From the human T2T-CHM13v2.0 reference genome, Homo sapiens, in assembly GCF_009914755.1 (NCBI RefSeq), contig NC_060943.1: a stretch of DNA of 64,000 nucleotides, one strand, 5' to 3'. Of this stretch, positions 24,224-51,600 are shown piece by piece; position 1 is the stretch's first letter; each line of letters begins with the position of its first letter. A model generated the notes under the pieces. That model was not told the origin of the DNA, did not search any database, and worked only from the letters and a program-made list of their open reading frames with translations. Position numbers and translations under genes: made by a program.

Positions 24224-25036
24224 CTGCGGGCCGAGGTGCCCGCTCAGGCTCGCCCCCCTCCCTTCCTCCCTGGGGCAGCCCGCCCGGCTTGGGAGGACCC
24301 AGATGTCCGGCTCACTGCCGGTCCCAGAGCAGAGAGCCCGGTGCTCCCTTCCTGGCTCGCGGTGGGTCTTCGTGCATCCCCTTGCGGGGCATGGCCTGTG
24401 ACTTATACTCTCCCAATAAGCTCCATTTATGGAGCACTTTATACATGCCATATACCTCTTTAGGCAGTACTACCCCATCTTACTGGGAGAAAACCAAGCT
24501 TCAGACAGGTAAGGTCACACAGCTACTAAGGGAATAGCCTGGAGTTTAACCCAGCTCTTTAATTCAGAGTCTGTGCTCTAACGAACTTTGCAATTCAGTT
24601 CCTGGTGCCTTCTGAGTTTCTGGAAGGAAACGTGGGAACTGCTGAGGAATGAACAGGAAGGATTTGGGGTTCTTTTATGGGATGGGCAAAGTAGCCGAAG
24701 AGAAAGTGGTGGTTCTGAGAAATCGGCCTGGATGATGACTAGGCCAACGGCCTCATCTCTAGTTTTTTCCAGCTGTTGGTTCTCTTTGTTCCCCCATCTA
24801 AACTGGAGAAGCCCCCAACACTTTTAAGCTATGTGGAGGGGTGGGAGTTTGGGAGGGGACAATGCCGAGTTAGGTCTGTGTGGGACATGCCTCTCTTTCT
24901 CCAGGTGAAAAATCAGCCCCACCTTCTTCCCGTCTGAATCCTGGATGGGCTGAACTAGTCCCAGGGACTCACTCTGACTCTTAAAGTCCAGGTTAATATC
25001 CCTGGAGAAGCCCCAGTGAGTTCAGGTGAAGCAAAA

Positions 25037-25173
25037 TCTCTGACCCTCTTGGCCCACATCCTAAGCAACCTCCCAGCGTCTTTCCTCTAAAAAGTAGGTG
25101 GTCCTCTCTGACCCTCTTGGCCCACATCCTAAGCAACCTCCCAGCGTCTTTCCTCTAAGAAGTAGGTGGTCCT
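25037..25173. repeat. 68-bp direct tandem duplication (2 copies, 1 mismatch)
   Basis: TCTCTGACCCTCTTGGCCCACATCCTAAGCAACCTCCCAGCGTCTTTCCTCTAARAAGTAGGTGGTCC at 25037 and 25105. Confidence 0.93.
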
Positions 25174-27114
25174 TCTGTAATTATCAAGTGTAATCCCCGC
25201 TTTGAACCCAATTCTTGTAAGCTTTCCAGATGTGGGACTGGATCGATCAATGGCCACAGGAAAGGACCCTTCCTAGGTCAGCCCCTGAGAGATACCTGTA
25301 CATATGTAAGAAGCTGGAAGAGTTGTTCTCAAATACATTCTCCCTCAAAGGTCCTCTAGAATCTCTGCCTTCTGCCTTATAGAGGACATTTCTCAGCTAA
25401 AAACTCAGACTGTGTCCTCTTGGCCATATCTAAAAATATCACATCAGTCCTGTCGCAATCCCACTTCTGACACCTCTTCAAGATAATGATTTCAGCTCTG
25501 CTTTTGTCCTCCTCTCCACAAGGAGGCACTGTGGCATATTTGAGTTGTGCAGAGACCTCAATTCTGCTACCAACTTGCAATATATTTCCCCTCTCTGGGC
25601 CTCAGTTTACTCATCTACAAGATGGGCAGCCTAATGCCTGTCTTGCCTATATAAATGGCTATGAGGCACGTGACAGGATAGATAAGAAAGGACTTGCACC
25701 AATGCCATTATGGGGTAACAATGACCACCACTATCTCTGGACCAGGCACCAGGCTGAACCCTTTACATATATTAACCAGTTCACATTTAGTAAATAAATC
25801 CCCCTTTGCCAAGATGGCCTGAAAGATGTTCCTTCAAAAACTAAAAGGAAGGCTCAATTCAACATATAGCCAGTGCCAGCCCAAGCTTGATATTTTGACA
25901 GCTCCTCCCCTCCCCTGCCCCTTTGTAAAATTTAGAGAGTCATGAGAGACCTGGATTTAAATCCCAGCTCTGTCATGGTCTCAAACTGTGGCCTTGGACA
26001 AGTCATCCTCCCTATGCTATGGCTCAGTCCCTTCCTCTGTAACGTGGGGGCTAGCAGGATTGTCAGGAGTTTAGATGGTGACACACAGCACATGCTTAGC
26101 CCATAGTGAGAGCTCAGTAAATGTCAGACACCATGATCATTGTTAGGATACCTGGGTCACAGCAGATGTTGAGGAGTAGCTTCAGAATTCTTTAGGAATT
26201 CCTTAGAGGGTGCTGCAGTTACCAGCTAAGTTAGGATGTTGGGGGGTGTCAAGGGTGGAATGTCAGTGAAATAGAAATTGTTCCAGGGTTTGTCTCTGTC
26301 TTGCAGTGGAATGAAGGGAGGGCAATTTGGCAGCTGCTTGCCCTCTGCTTTGCATTAACATGGCATCACAAAAACTCTGATCGTTTGAGTTGTGATAGTG
26401 TGAAGAACTGGGGCTGAACCTGGGCCCCTAGGGCTGAGACTGTGAGGAGCTTAGGGGTGCATTTAGGGAATCGAGGCAGGTGGGCAGAGGAGGAGCAGAT
26501 CCTGGCTGAACCTTGGTGGCTGAAGCAGGAAGCCAGCAGGTCTTCAGCTTCCTGGGGGGAGCTGGGAGTGGAACCTCCTGCCCCCCAATGCCCTTCTCTA
26601 TGCACGAATGGGGCTTTGGGAATCTAAACCTCAGGAAAGGGTGGGGAGAGGTCAGGAGGCTCAGAGCTCCTCCAGACAGGGAGTCCCTGGAAGGTTCTGT
26701 CTAGTTCTTTGCCAAGTAGGAAAGATGGCTCATCCCCAGGGAAATTATTTCCGTCAGGACTGGATGTTTAGTTAAAAACTGCCCCGTGAGAGGTCTTGAG
26801 ACTTTGATCCTGCTGTAGCCCACAGGGGGTGTGATGTGCCAGACAGAAGCTGGCCCCCCAGCCCAGCCCTCAAATCAGGGGTCTGGAGAAGCAGGTGATC
26901 CCATTTTTGTTCCCAAGCACTGTCTGATTGCTTAGGACATTTTGCACACTCCATGCACCTCTGTCCTCCCAGGTCACCATGGGGGCTCACCTCACCCCCC
27001 TTCCCGGTTCTCCCACCCCCTCACTTCCCAGGTGGGTGCCCTGGTGGAGTTCCCTCCCCCAGCCCCAGCGGCCCCCTCCCCTCCCAGGAAGGAAAGCAGG
27101 AAGACTCTCTCTAC

Positions 27115-27256
27115 CCCGTATTTACACTGACGCGATTTGACTCCATGCTGAAAGCGGCATTGCTCATCTGCATCGTAGGCTTGGCCCGGTGCCACTGTCG
27201 GGTACACAAAGTCCTGTCTGGGGGGCCGGTTGTTCAGGCAGAGCCCCAGGCCCGAG
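27115..27256 (-). CDS. ADAMTS10: ADAMTS10 exon 12: end of catalytic domain and start of disintegrin-like domain (CLNNRP...[16 protein letters not shown])
   Basis: gcag|C acceptor, GGG|gtagag donor; 142 nt. Confidence 0.95.
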
Positions 27257-27425
27257 CTGCCTCGAGAGAAAAGCAACTGTCATGCTAGGTGGCTGCAAAT
27301 CAAGAGCTCAGGAGCCTCAGCTGGATGGGGGTCCCAGGGAGCATCCCTGATTTCTATCATCTCCCGTGTACCCTGCCCCACCATGAGTGTGACCCGCTCT
27401 GAGGGACACCCAGGTGCATCCTCAC

Positions 27426-27572
27426 TCTAGAAAGCTGGTGATGTAGTCACGGCTGCAGGATGACCACACGAATGGGTTGGTCTTCATGGTAATGTGGGCA
27501 GCCATGAGCTTGGCTGGGTCCTGACCACGGGCCCCACAGCTGTTTCCCACGCCGTCATGGTTCATGCCGAAT
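27426..27572 (-). CDS. ADAMTS10: ADAMTS10 exon 11: third zinc ligand and Met-turn (FGMNHDG...LMAAH...[14 protein letters not shown])
   Basis: ccccag|A acceptor, AGA|gtgaga donor; 147 nt; completes HExxHxxGxxHD. Confidence 0.97.
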
Positions 27573-27659
27573 CTGGGGAAAGGGGTGTCGGCTCTGCCGG
27601 GCGCTGAGGGACCCGCCCAGCTCCTCCCCTCCTCCCCCTCTTGTGTGCCCTGGCCTCAC

Positions 27660-27765
27660 GTGTGCCCGATCTCGTGGGCAATGGTGAACGCTGTGGCCAG
27701 GCCAATGTCCTCATTGACGCTGCAGCTTCTCTCGCGCTCACACATTCCGCCCACCGGGGCCAGGC
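27660..27765 (-). CDS. ADAMTS10: ADAMTS10 exon 10: catalytic domain with first half of the zinc motif (…[12 protein letters not shown])
   Basis: cccag|GC acceptor, CAC|gtgagg donor; 106 nt; HExxH. Confidence 0.97.
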
Positions 27766-27894
27766 CTGGGAAGACGGACATGTGGGGATGGGGCTGGGAG
27801 GCTCAGGACGGTGCTGGCTGGCCCCATCCACCTGCCAGGTCTCACCCCAGCCCACTGCCTTCATAGGCGCCTGAAACCTACGGGGCTCGGGTAC

Positions 27895-27938
27895 CTAGTG
27901 TGCCGCAGGGTTTGTTCTTGTAGATGCAGATGTCATAG
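27895..27938 (-). CDS. ADAMTS10: ADAMTS10 exon 9: catalytic domain (YDICIYKNKPCGTLG)
   Basis: tttacag|C acceptor, TAG|gtaccc donor; 44 nt, phases match both neighbours. Confidence 0.94.
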
Positions 27939-28339
27939 CTGTAAAAGGAGACAGGGTCAGTGAGGGGGCTGGGCTGTCTCCCTAAGCCCTGCTGATGCCA
28001 CCATGCCCAGCTCTGGGGGTTGAGTCCTGCCTTGGAGGCGCCATCTGCCTCTCACCTGAAGCTGCATACAGGAGTGACTGACCACATGAATGAATGAATG
28101 CATGCATGCATGCATGAGTGGGAGAATAAGTGAATGAGGGCATCGGTGCCCAAATGGTCCCAAACCTCCCTTACCCATTATTCTCAAGCAGCCCCTCCCC
28201 ATCCCTGGCTCCCTCATGGGCAGCCCAAACTTCTCTGCTCCTCCTGACCCTAGCAGAAGTGATCTCTGTTTGGACTCTCATGGTTCCCTGGACCATCTGT
28301 TTTCTCAGCCCCAGTCCTAGACCTCTCCTGTCCCCTCAC

Positions 28340-28485
28340 CGTGTGATGAGCACTGCTGTGTCATGGTTAGCCACACCGTTCTCTGGAATGGCATTGCCAT
28401 GGCCGCTGTGGTTCACGATGGATTTCTGCCACTTACAGAAGCTGTCCAGGGACTTCCCGGCATGGTGGGTGATCTCCAGAGTGGG
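28340..28485 (-). CDS. ADAMTS10: ADAMTS10 exon 8: catalytic domain ([20 protein letters not shown]...DTAVLITR)
   Basis: ccccag|CCC acceptor, ACG|gtgagg donor; 146 nt. Confidence 0.96.
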
Positions 28486-28586
28486 CTGGGGATGGACAGA
28501 GGGAAATGCATGGGCACCCACCACCCAGGGGACGGCAGGACATGCTGGTATGAAGGGGAAGGGGAAGGGGAGGAAGTCCCCCGCAC

Positions 28587-28670
28587 CTGGTCCTCCGTGA
28601 GCAGGATGAGGCGAGTTACGAGGATGTTAACGGTGCTTCCCAGACTCGAGTCCTGGAAAAGTTTGGCAAC
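28587..28670 (-). CDS. ADAMTS10: ADAMTS10 exon 7: catalytic domain ([28 protein letters not shown])
   Basis: tcag|GTT acceptor, CAG|gtgcgg donor; 84 nt. Confidence 0.96.
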
Positions 28671-28809
28671 CTGACCTCCAAGAAACAAGAGAGACCGAGT
28701 CTTAAGAGGAGCCCAGGGTAGAAAATGAAAAGCAAAAACAATGATAACAGCTTGCTTTCATCAGGCACCTACTGTGTGTCGGGTCTTAGGCTAAACCTGC
28801 TATTAGGGT

Positions 28810-32143
<3,334 letters not shown>

Positions 32144-32274
32144 CTGCAACCTTCCTTTCTACCCCTGTCCCCACGTCAGGGATTGGGGTGGGATGGTAGC
32201 CACCCCCTTGCCTAACACTGCAGGCTGGCTCCAAGTCCTCAGGGCTGCGTGCCCAGGGAGGGGAAGGCACTTAC

Positions 32275-32492
32275 AATGTTCATGATGGCCAGGACATACT
32301 GCTCCACATCCCGGCGCCCGTGATAGGCCACCATCATCTTGTCAGCCACCACCAGGGTCTCCACGTAGCGCTCTCGGCTGACCGATCGCTTCAGGCCTGG
32401 CTGGCCACGCTCTGTTTCATTCCCCAGGGGCCTGGCAGGCGGTGGCTTCAAGGTCCGCAGCCACCATGGCCGCCCTTTCCACGGTTTCTCAT
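32275..32492 (-). CDS. ADAMTS10: ADAMTS10 exon 6: end of prodomain (GLKR) and start of catalytic domain (SVSRERYVETLVVADKMM)
   Basis: ccccag|AT acceptor, ATT|gtaagt donor; 218 nt. Confidence 0.97.
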
Positions 32493-32659
32493 CTGGGGAA
32501 CCCAGTAGAGCAATTAAGCCCTGCCCTGCTGGTGGGACGCAGAGCTGCCTGACAACTGTCTTGTCCAACCTCTGACTGGCTACCTCTCTACCCAACAGTC
32601 TGGACAGACAATTTCTGGTCATTCTGCTGCCTTCTCTTGTTGTCCAGCTACCTGTGTGA

Positions 32660-36133
<3,474 letters not shown>

Positions 36134-36358
36134 CGAATTTTTTGAGATTGATGTTTAGCTCATTAATTTTCAGCCTTACCTAAGGCTATACATTTTCCTT
36201 TAAGTACTGCTTTAGCTGCATCCCCAAAGCACTGATTGGCTCAAAACACTTAAAAAACATCCCACTATCATTCCTTCTCTGCCCTCTATGTAGAAGTGTT
36301 TTTCTTAACTTCCAAACTTATGGGCATTTCCCCCCGCGTTCCAGAATCCTCAGCTCAC

Positions 36359-36705
36359 CAGGCCTCCACAGGTGCTGATGGCCACATGGGAGCTGCTGGC
36401 CTGGCCCTGCAGGTGACCAGCGTAGAGGCAGTGGGGCCGGGCCGCCCTCTGCCAGGCCAGGCCCTCCCGTGTCCAGTACTCCACGGAGACGTGCCCTGCC
36501 AGTAGACGGGAGCTGCGGGTCAGGTTCAGCAGGAAGTGGGTGCTGGGCGAGGCCACTTTGTAGAAGAGGCGGGACTCGGCTGTGGCCCCCGTGCCGCGGC
36601 GCTGCCTCCGGGGAGGAGGTGGCGAGAAGGCCAGCAGTGCCCCGTTGTGGTCCACGCGGGTGGGGAAGGCGATCTCATAGCTCTCCAGACTGGACAGGAA
36701 CTCAT
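36359..36705 (-). CDS. ADAMTS10: ADAMTS10 exon 4: prodomain (DEFLSSLESYEIAFPTRVDHNG...RRQRR...STCGGL)
   Basis: cacag|AT acceptor, CTG|gtgagc donor; 347 nt; overlaps ORF 36350..36655(-). Confidence 0.96.
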
Positions 36706-36969
36706 CTGTGGGTGAGGGTCAGAGGCCTGGGGTGGGCCCTGGTCTTATTGGACCCCTGTGTCCTGGCTGTTAGGCTGCTGGAGCAAGTGATGCTGGCCTC
36801 ACTGACCCCCGAAATCCAGGGAGTTGGCTGCAAGGCTCCCGCCTATTGACCCCAGGGCCTTCCCCCATTGACCCCCATCCCAGCCCCCTGATGCCTCTTT
36901 CTGTTGGAGCCCAACTGGTCTCTTACATTTTTCGCTCCCTCCCCACCGCCACCACCAGACTTCCCCTAC

Positions 36970-37057
36970 CTTGAGACCGGAAGGCGTGCGTGACCTCGAA
37001 CATGAGGCCCAGCCCCAGGGCGAGGGCCCAGCGGAGGATCTGGCAGGCGGGAGCCAT
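36970..37057 (-). CDS. ADAMTS10: ADAMTS10 exon 3 coding part: start codon and signal peptide MAPACQILRWALALGLGLMFEVTHAFRSQ
   Basis: ATG at 37057-37055, hydrophobic leader, donor AAG|gtaggg; 88 nt. Confidence 0.95.
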
Positions 37058-37156
37058 AGAGGCCACGTGTCCACATGTCTCTCCCCAGCCCCGGCTGCCG
37101 GCAGCCCCCACAGTGCCGCCTCCCCTGTTCACAGCCTTCGCAGCATCACCGGGCTC
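37058..37156 (-). other. ADAMTS10: ADAMTS10 exon 3, 5' UTR part
   Basis: Pyrimidine tract plus ctcccag|GAG acceptor at 37156, 99 nt upstream of the ATG. Confidence 0.8.
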
Positions 37157-37419
37157 CTGGGAGGGGGGAGCCAGGTAAGGGGGCGCCTGGTCCCGCTGTC
37201 CAGCACAACCAATGCCAAGGCCAATCATGGCCAAAGCTTTTCACCTGACTCTGAAGATTCTGAATGCATTTTCTCACTCAGTCACTCCCCTCTCCCCACC
37301 TCCCCTTCCAATCCTTCCTACACTCCTACAAGAGGACAGACAGGGACTGGGACGCTGGGAGTATCTCCTATGTGCCAGCTACTGGCCCTAGTTTTCACAC
37401 CACTGCATTTCTGTTCTTT

Positions 37420-39452
<2,033 letters not shown>

Positions 39453-39477
39453 CTCTCTCCTTTTTATTGTTTTTTAC

Positions 39478-39592
39478 CTTTTGGGGGCTTCGGTTGGTGG
39501 AGTAGTGTTGGGCCCCTGTACGGATCCTTCCCTCGCCTGCTCCCTGCACCTGGGCCTCCCTCTCTGGGCCTTGGTTTCTTCTTCTTTGGAGC
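39478..39592 (-). other. ADAMTS10: ADAMTS10 non-coding exon 2 (115 nt)
   Basis: ccctgcccag|GCT acceptor and AAG|gtaaaa donor flanking unique purine-rich sequence with GAAGAA enhancer-like repeats. Confidence 0.72.
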
Positions 39593-40459
39593 CTGGGCAG
39601 GGAGGGGTCAAAGAGGAGGAGCCGGGCTGGTCTTCAGCACTGAGCTGGGTCTGTAGTTGAGGGATCACTGAGGAAATTCTGACCCTCTCTCTGCCCCTGG
39701 AGAACTTCCTCTTAGACTTCTTCTTTCTTCTGTTCCTAATGAACCCCCTCCAACAAAAACCCACCTCCTCTCCCTCTCCCTCTCTTCTTGCTTCTTCTTC
39801 CCTATTCCTTCTTTGGAAGTGTCAGCCAACTCCCAGATCAAGGCCCTTCCTGGTTGGGCACCTCTGACCCCCGCTCCTGCCCTGAGCCACCCCTGAAAGG
39901 TAGGAACATTCTCATTGCAAGTGAAGCAGGGACCTCACCCCTTTCTCCCACTGGCTCCCTCCCTCCTCTCCTGTTCTTGCATTGCCAGGCCTGGTGCCCC
40001 ATCCTCCTCCTTCAGGGGCTCTCTCTGGTCTTGTCTAGAGTGTCTTTGGGTCTGTCCTGGTCCCCCTAAGACCCTCAGTCCTCATCACTGTCCTCTGAAG
40101 TGAGGCGCTCCTCCCAAAACCCTCACACCCCCTTCTGTGCTTTGGGCTCAGGTGGGGTGTGAGGGACAAGGTTTGGGACATTGTGGAAGGACCCAGCACA
40201 GGGGGTGAGGACAGGGGAAGGGGACTCACCTGTGCACAGTGTATGGGGTAGGGGGAGGAGGGGGGTCTGCAGAAGGCTCACAGGCGTCTGAGCTGGGGGT
40301 CCAGCCCACAGGGTGGTGTCGAGGTGTGACACAGCCCAGGGCACCAGGTGGTGGGGGGACATGAACAAGGCAGTGGGTCTGGGGCCAAAGATGAAGCTTG
40401 AGAGAGGCTCAGGGACAGAGACGGTGGTGGCCAACAGGATGTCAGTGAGGGATCTGCAC

Positions 40460-40603
40460 TGTGGCGTGTGTGTGTGACTGCATGTACATTACAGCATGTA
40501 TGTGAGTGTGTGTGACCCTGTGTGTGATTGTGAGCGTGTGACTGCATGTGCATTATGGCTTGTGAGTGTGTGTGACCCTGTGTGTGTGTGTGTGTGTGTG
40601 TGT
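40460..40603. repeat. (TG)n-rich tract in intron 1
   Basis: Imperfect TG repeats with a duplicated TGTGAGTGTGTGTGACCCTGTGTGTG unit. Confidence 0.85.
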
Positions 40604-41109
40604 ACCCAGGCCTGGCCATTCCTCCAGCCCCTCCTCCCCGAAGGCAGGAGGGAGGTGGCCAGCGTGGGGGAGGGTGCCAGGCCTGGAGGAGGAAATGCCT
40701 CCGGGAAATGGAAATGGCTTAGAAACAGAGGCTCTGTCCCATCCCATCCCATCCCGGGGATCCTGAAGGGACCCTAAGCTCCACACCCAAACCTCTCCGG
40801 CCAGGCTGCGGGGACAGGGCCGACGGAAGGTCCCCCGTGGAGGCCAAGGCCGCGTCTCCCCAGGCAGAGGCCCCAGCCTGCCGGCCTCCTCCCGGCTGCA
40901 CATCTGGCCGGGCCGGCAGGAGGCAGTCCCTGCCGGAGAGCAGACAAAGGCCCAGCCGGGGCCTGCGGGAGGAGGGGGCCGGCGCCCGGGCTGGTCCCCC
41001 ACAACCGGCCGCTAATTAAAGGCCCTGAGCCCGACCGCTGGAGACACCCTGAGACAGACGGCTGTGGCCTCACTGACCAACTCAGGGGAAGTGGGCGGCG
41101 CCACTCCCA

Positions 41110-41764
41110 CACCCAGACACACAAACACACACTGGCAGCGACACACACCCCGCGCAACCAGAGACCGGCGCTCGGGCACTGTAGACCCACAAAAGACGCA
41201 GGACGCCTCCACCGCAGACACACACGCCGACAGGCTCAGTGCACACTCACACACCCGGAGACAAACACATGGAGACACACAACCACACACTCCCAGACAT
41301 GTGTAAACACACACTCATTTACACGCGCACACACGGGACAAGACAGAGAAACACGCGGACACACAAATACACGCACCCGGGGCCTACACAAACAGAAACA
41401 CACACATACATACACAGACAACCCAAGGAGACAGACACACAGGCCTACACGCTGACACATACACACTCATTTGCATGCTCACACCAAACCAGAGACAAAC
41501 TCACAAGTCCCACAGACCTAGACACCCCCCCACACCAGACACACACACACAGGTATTTACACACTCATCACGGTCAGAGACAAACGCACACATGCTTGGG
41601 GACACACACACAAACCCAGACACACACACACTCGCCTCCAGATCTGCGCGCACATAGCAAACCCCTATGCGCACACACTGTCCAAACACACAGACACACA
41701 AGAGACTCATCCCCAGGCACTGACACACACATGTAATGCACAACCACTCTGCCCCTACGTGGAC

Positions 41765-41798
<34 letters not shown>

Positions 41799-41800
41799 CG
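41110..41800. repeat. (CA)n-rich degenerate tract in intron 1
   Basis: About 700 bp of CA/GACA repeats ending in pure (CA)n at about 41767-41797. Confidence 0.85.
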
Positions 41801-42345
41801 CAAACAAACCCACGGCAACCCCGGGCGTGATCAGTGGCGCGCGCACTTGCGGACCTCAGGCACCGACCGGAGTCGCACAGCGGGATGCCCTCCCCCATCC
41901 AGGGCACCACAGCCCCACGCCCTCACAGCCCGATGCGGACACACAAAGTCCCACTGAATCACGCACCCCCGGGCCCCCCGCCCGCGCCGCTACCTGCGCC
42001 GCGCCCGGGGCCTCCGCGCCGTCGCCGCCGCTGTCTCGCCGCCCCGCGCGCGCAGGAAGGGAGGGAGCGAGCGAGCGCGGCGGCGTGGCCAGGGGAGGGG
42101 GCGCGGGGAAGGCACTTCCTGAGCCGCCTGCCAGGGTTATAAAAAAACCCCCAAACTGCGCGCGGCCAGAAACCCCGCCCGCCTGCCGCCGCCCGGCCTG
42201 GGCCGCGGGCTGGACCCCAGCCAGGGACCCGGGAACTCGGGCCGCCCCGCCCGGGACCAGCGCCCCCGCCGCGTGGGAGGGGGCTGGGGAACCGCGGGGG
42301 GCGGGGAGGGGACGAAGCGGGAGAAATCGAGTGGCGGCGGGGAGA
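41800..42345. promoter_or_regulatory. CpG-island promoter of ADAMTS10 with GC boxes, an ETS motif (CACTTCCTG, 42113-42121) and an AT-rich TATA-like patch (42137-42147)
   Basis: Very high GC and CpG density; several CCCCGCCC motifs; surrounds exon 1. Confidence 0.85.
41994..42110 (-). other. ADAMTS10: ADAMTS10 non-coding exon 1 (5' end approximate)
   Basis: CAG|gtagcg donor at 41994/41993 inside the CpG island. Confidence 0.7.
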
Positions 42346-42489
42346 ATGGGTGGGGGAGGGGAGAAAGAATCAGGTGGGGGATGGGGATGGAGGCCGAATT
42401 GGGTGGGTGGGGGTTCGGGGAAAGGGAGGAAGAGAAGGGAGAGGTTGGGGGAGGGGGAAGTTTGAATGGGAAGGGGTAGGGGGAGATGG

Positions 42490-42760
42490 AGGCCTGGAGG
42501 AAGGGGCTGAGTGAGGTGGGGGGAGGTGGGGGCCTGGAGGAAGGGCTGAGTGGGGTGGGGGGAAGTGGGGGCCTGGAGGAGGGGCTGAGTGGGGTGGGGG
42601 GAGGTGGGGGCCTGGAGGAAGGGGCTGAGTGGGGTGGGGGGAGGTGGGGCCCTTGAGGAGGGGCTGAGTGGGGTTGGGGGAGGTGGGGCCCTGGAGGAGG
42701 GGCTGAGTGGGTTGGGGGGAGGTGGGGGCCTGGAGGAAGGGGCTGAGTTGGGTTGGGGGC
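42490..42760. repeat. G-rich 39-40-bp minisatellite (about 7 copies) upstream of the ADAMTS10 TSS
   Basis: Unit GGCCTGGAGGARGGGCTGAGTGGGGTGGGGGGAGGTGG starting at about 42491, 42531, 42570, 42609, 42649, 42688 and 42727. Confidence 0.92.
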
Positions 42761-43846
42761 CACGGGAAGGAATGGAGAGGGGTAAGGAATGGGGCTGGAG
42801 GGGGGATGGGAGCATGAGATGCTGGGGTTGGGGAGGGGAGAGCCCACTTCCTCGCCAGCCTCTGCGGCATCAACAACAGCTGTTATTTATTGAGGGCTGG
42901 GCCTGGCTCAAACAAGCATTTATTGGGCGCCTCCCGTGTGCCAGGCACGGTGCCCGGGGCGGGAAATAAGTCCCAGCTCGGCCCCGCCCTCTCCGAGCTC
43001 TCAGGGGGGTTTGATCGGTCCTGGGCCTGGCCTTGGTCTCTGTGCCTTAACTCCTTTGCGGTGACGTAGGCTCAGCTGGTCCCATTTCACAGATGAGGAA
43101 ACTGAGGCCACAGAGATGGGGAGAGTGAAAATTCTGTTGGAACCGGAGCCCTCTTGGTCTTGGTCACTCTGGGTCTCGCTCCATAAAATGAACGAATGCG
43201 TGAATGAGGAGGACCTGGATGGTTGGGGCAGGGCTGGGATTTGAATCCCAGGCGCCTGGTACAGTGCCTGGTTCCAGGGAAGGGCGGTGACCCCCAGGCC
43301 TCACAATTGCAGGCATTTCCCAGGAACGCCCCCCCCCAGGGAGCTGGCCAGAGCCTTGGCCTTGGCTTTGTCTGAGTCTGGGTTTACTCATCCACACAGT
43401 GGGGGTAATAACAGCCTTCCCAGGGCTGGAGTAGGGGGTGGAGGAGGGGTTTCATTCTGCAGCAAAGATTTGTTGTTATGTGCTGGGTTCCAGGGACACA
43501 GCTGAGACCAGGAGGGCAGCTTCCCAACTCGGAATTTTTCCTTTTGAACTTGGAATGACCTGTCATTACTCACGCATACAGCAGGTGCTGCATAAATACC
43601 AGACTCCTGGAGTTCCCACCACACTACCTTACCCCAACCTCCTGGGACTCCAGGCTAGACCAGAGGTGCAGCCCCCACCCTCCTGTTTGCTCCCCACACT
43701 CCCTCCTTCCCACCAGGGCCTCTCGGGCCCCCATTTGAGGAACGAGTCTAAGTCAGCCATTTCTGGCCTCTGTTAGCTGTTCTTCTACTACCTATGGGGC
43801 CCTCTTTCTCCATCAAAGAGGTGGTGGCTTCCTTTCTTTGCTGTAG

Positions 43847-51600
<7,754 letters not shown>

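Noticed and set aside
41856-42969. Proline-rich (319, 236 and 168 aa) and Gly-rich ORFs
   Set aside because: They come from the G-rich minisatellite and CpG island, upstream of or overlapping the non-coding exon 1
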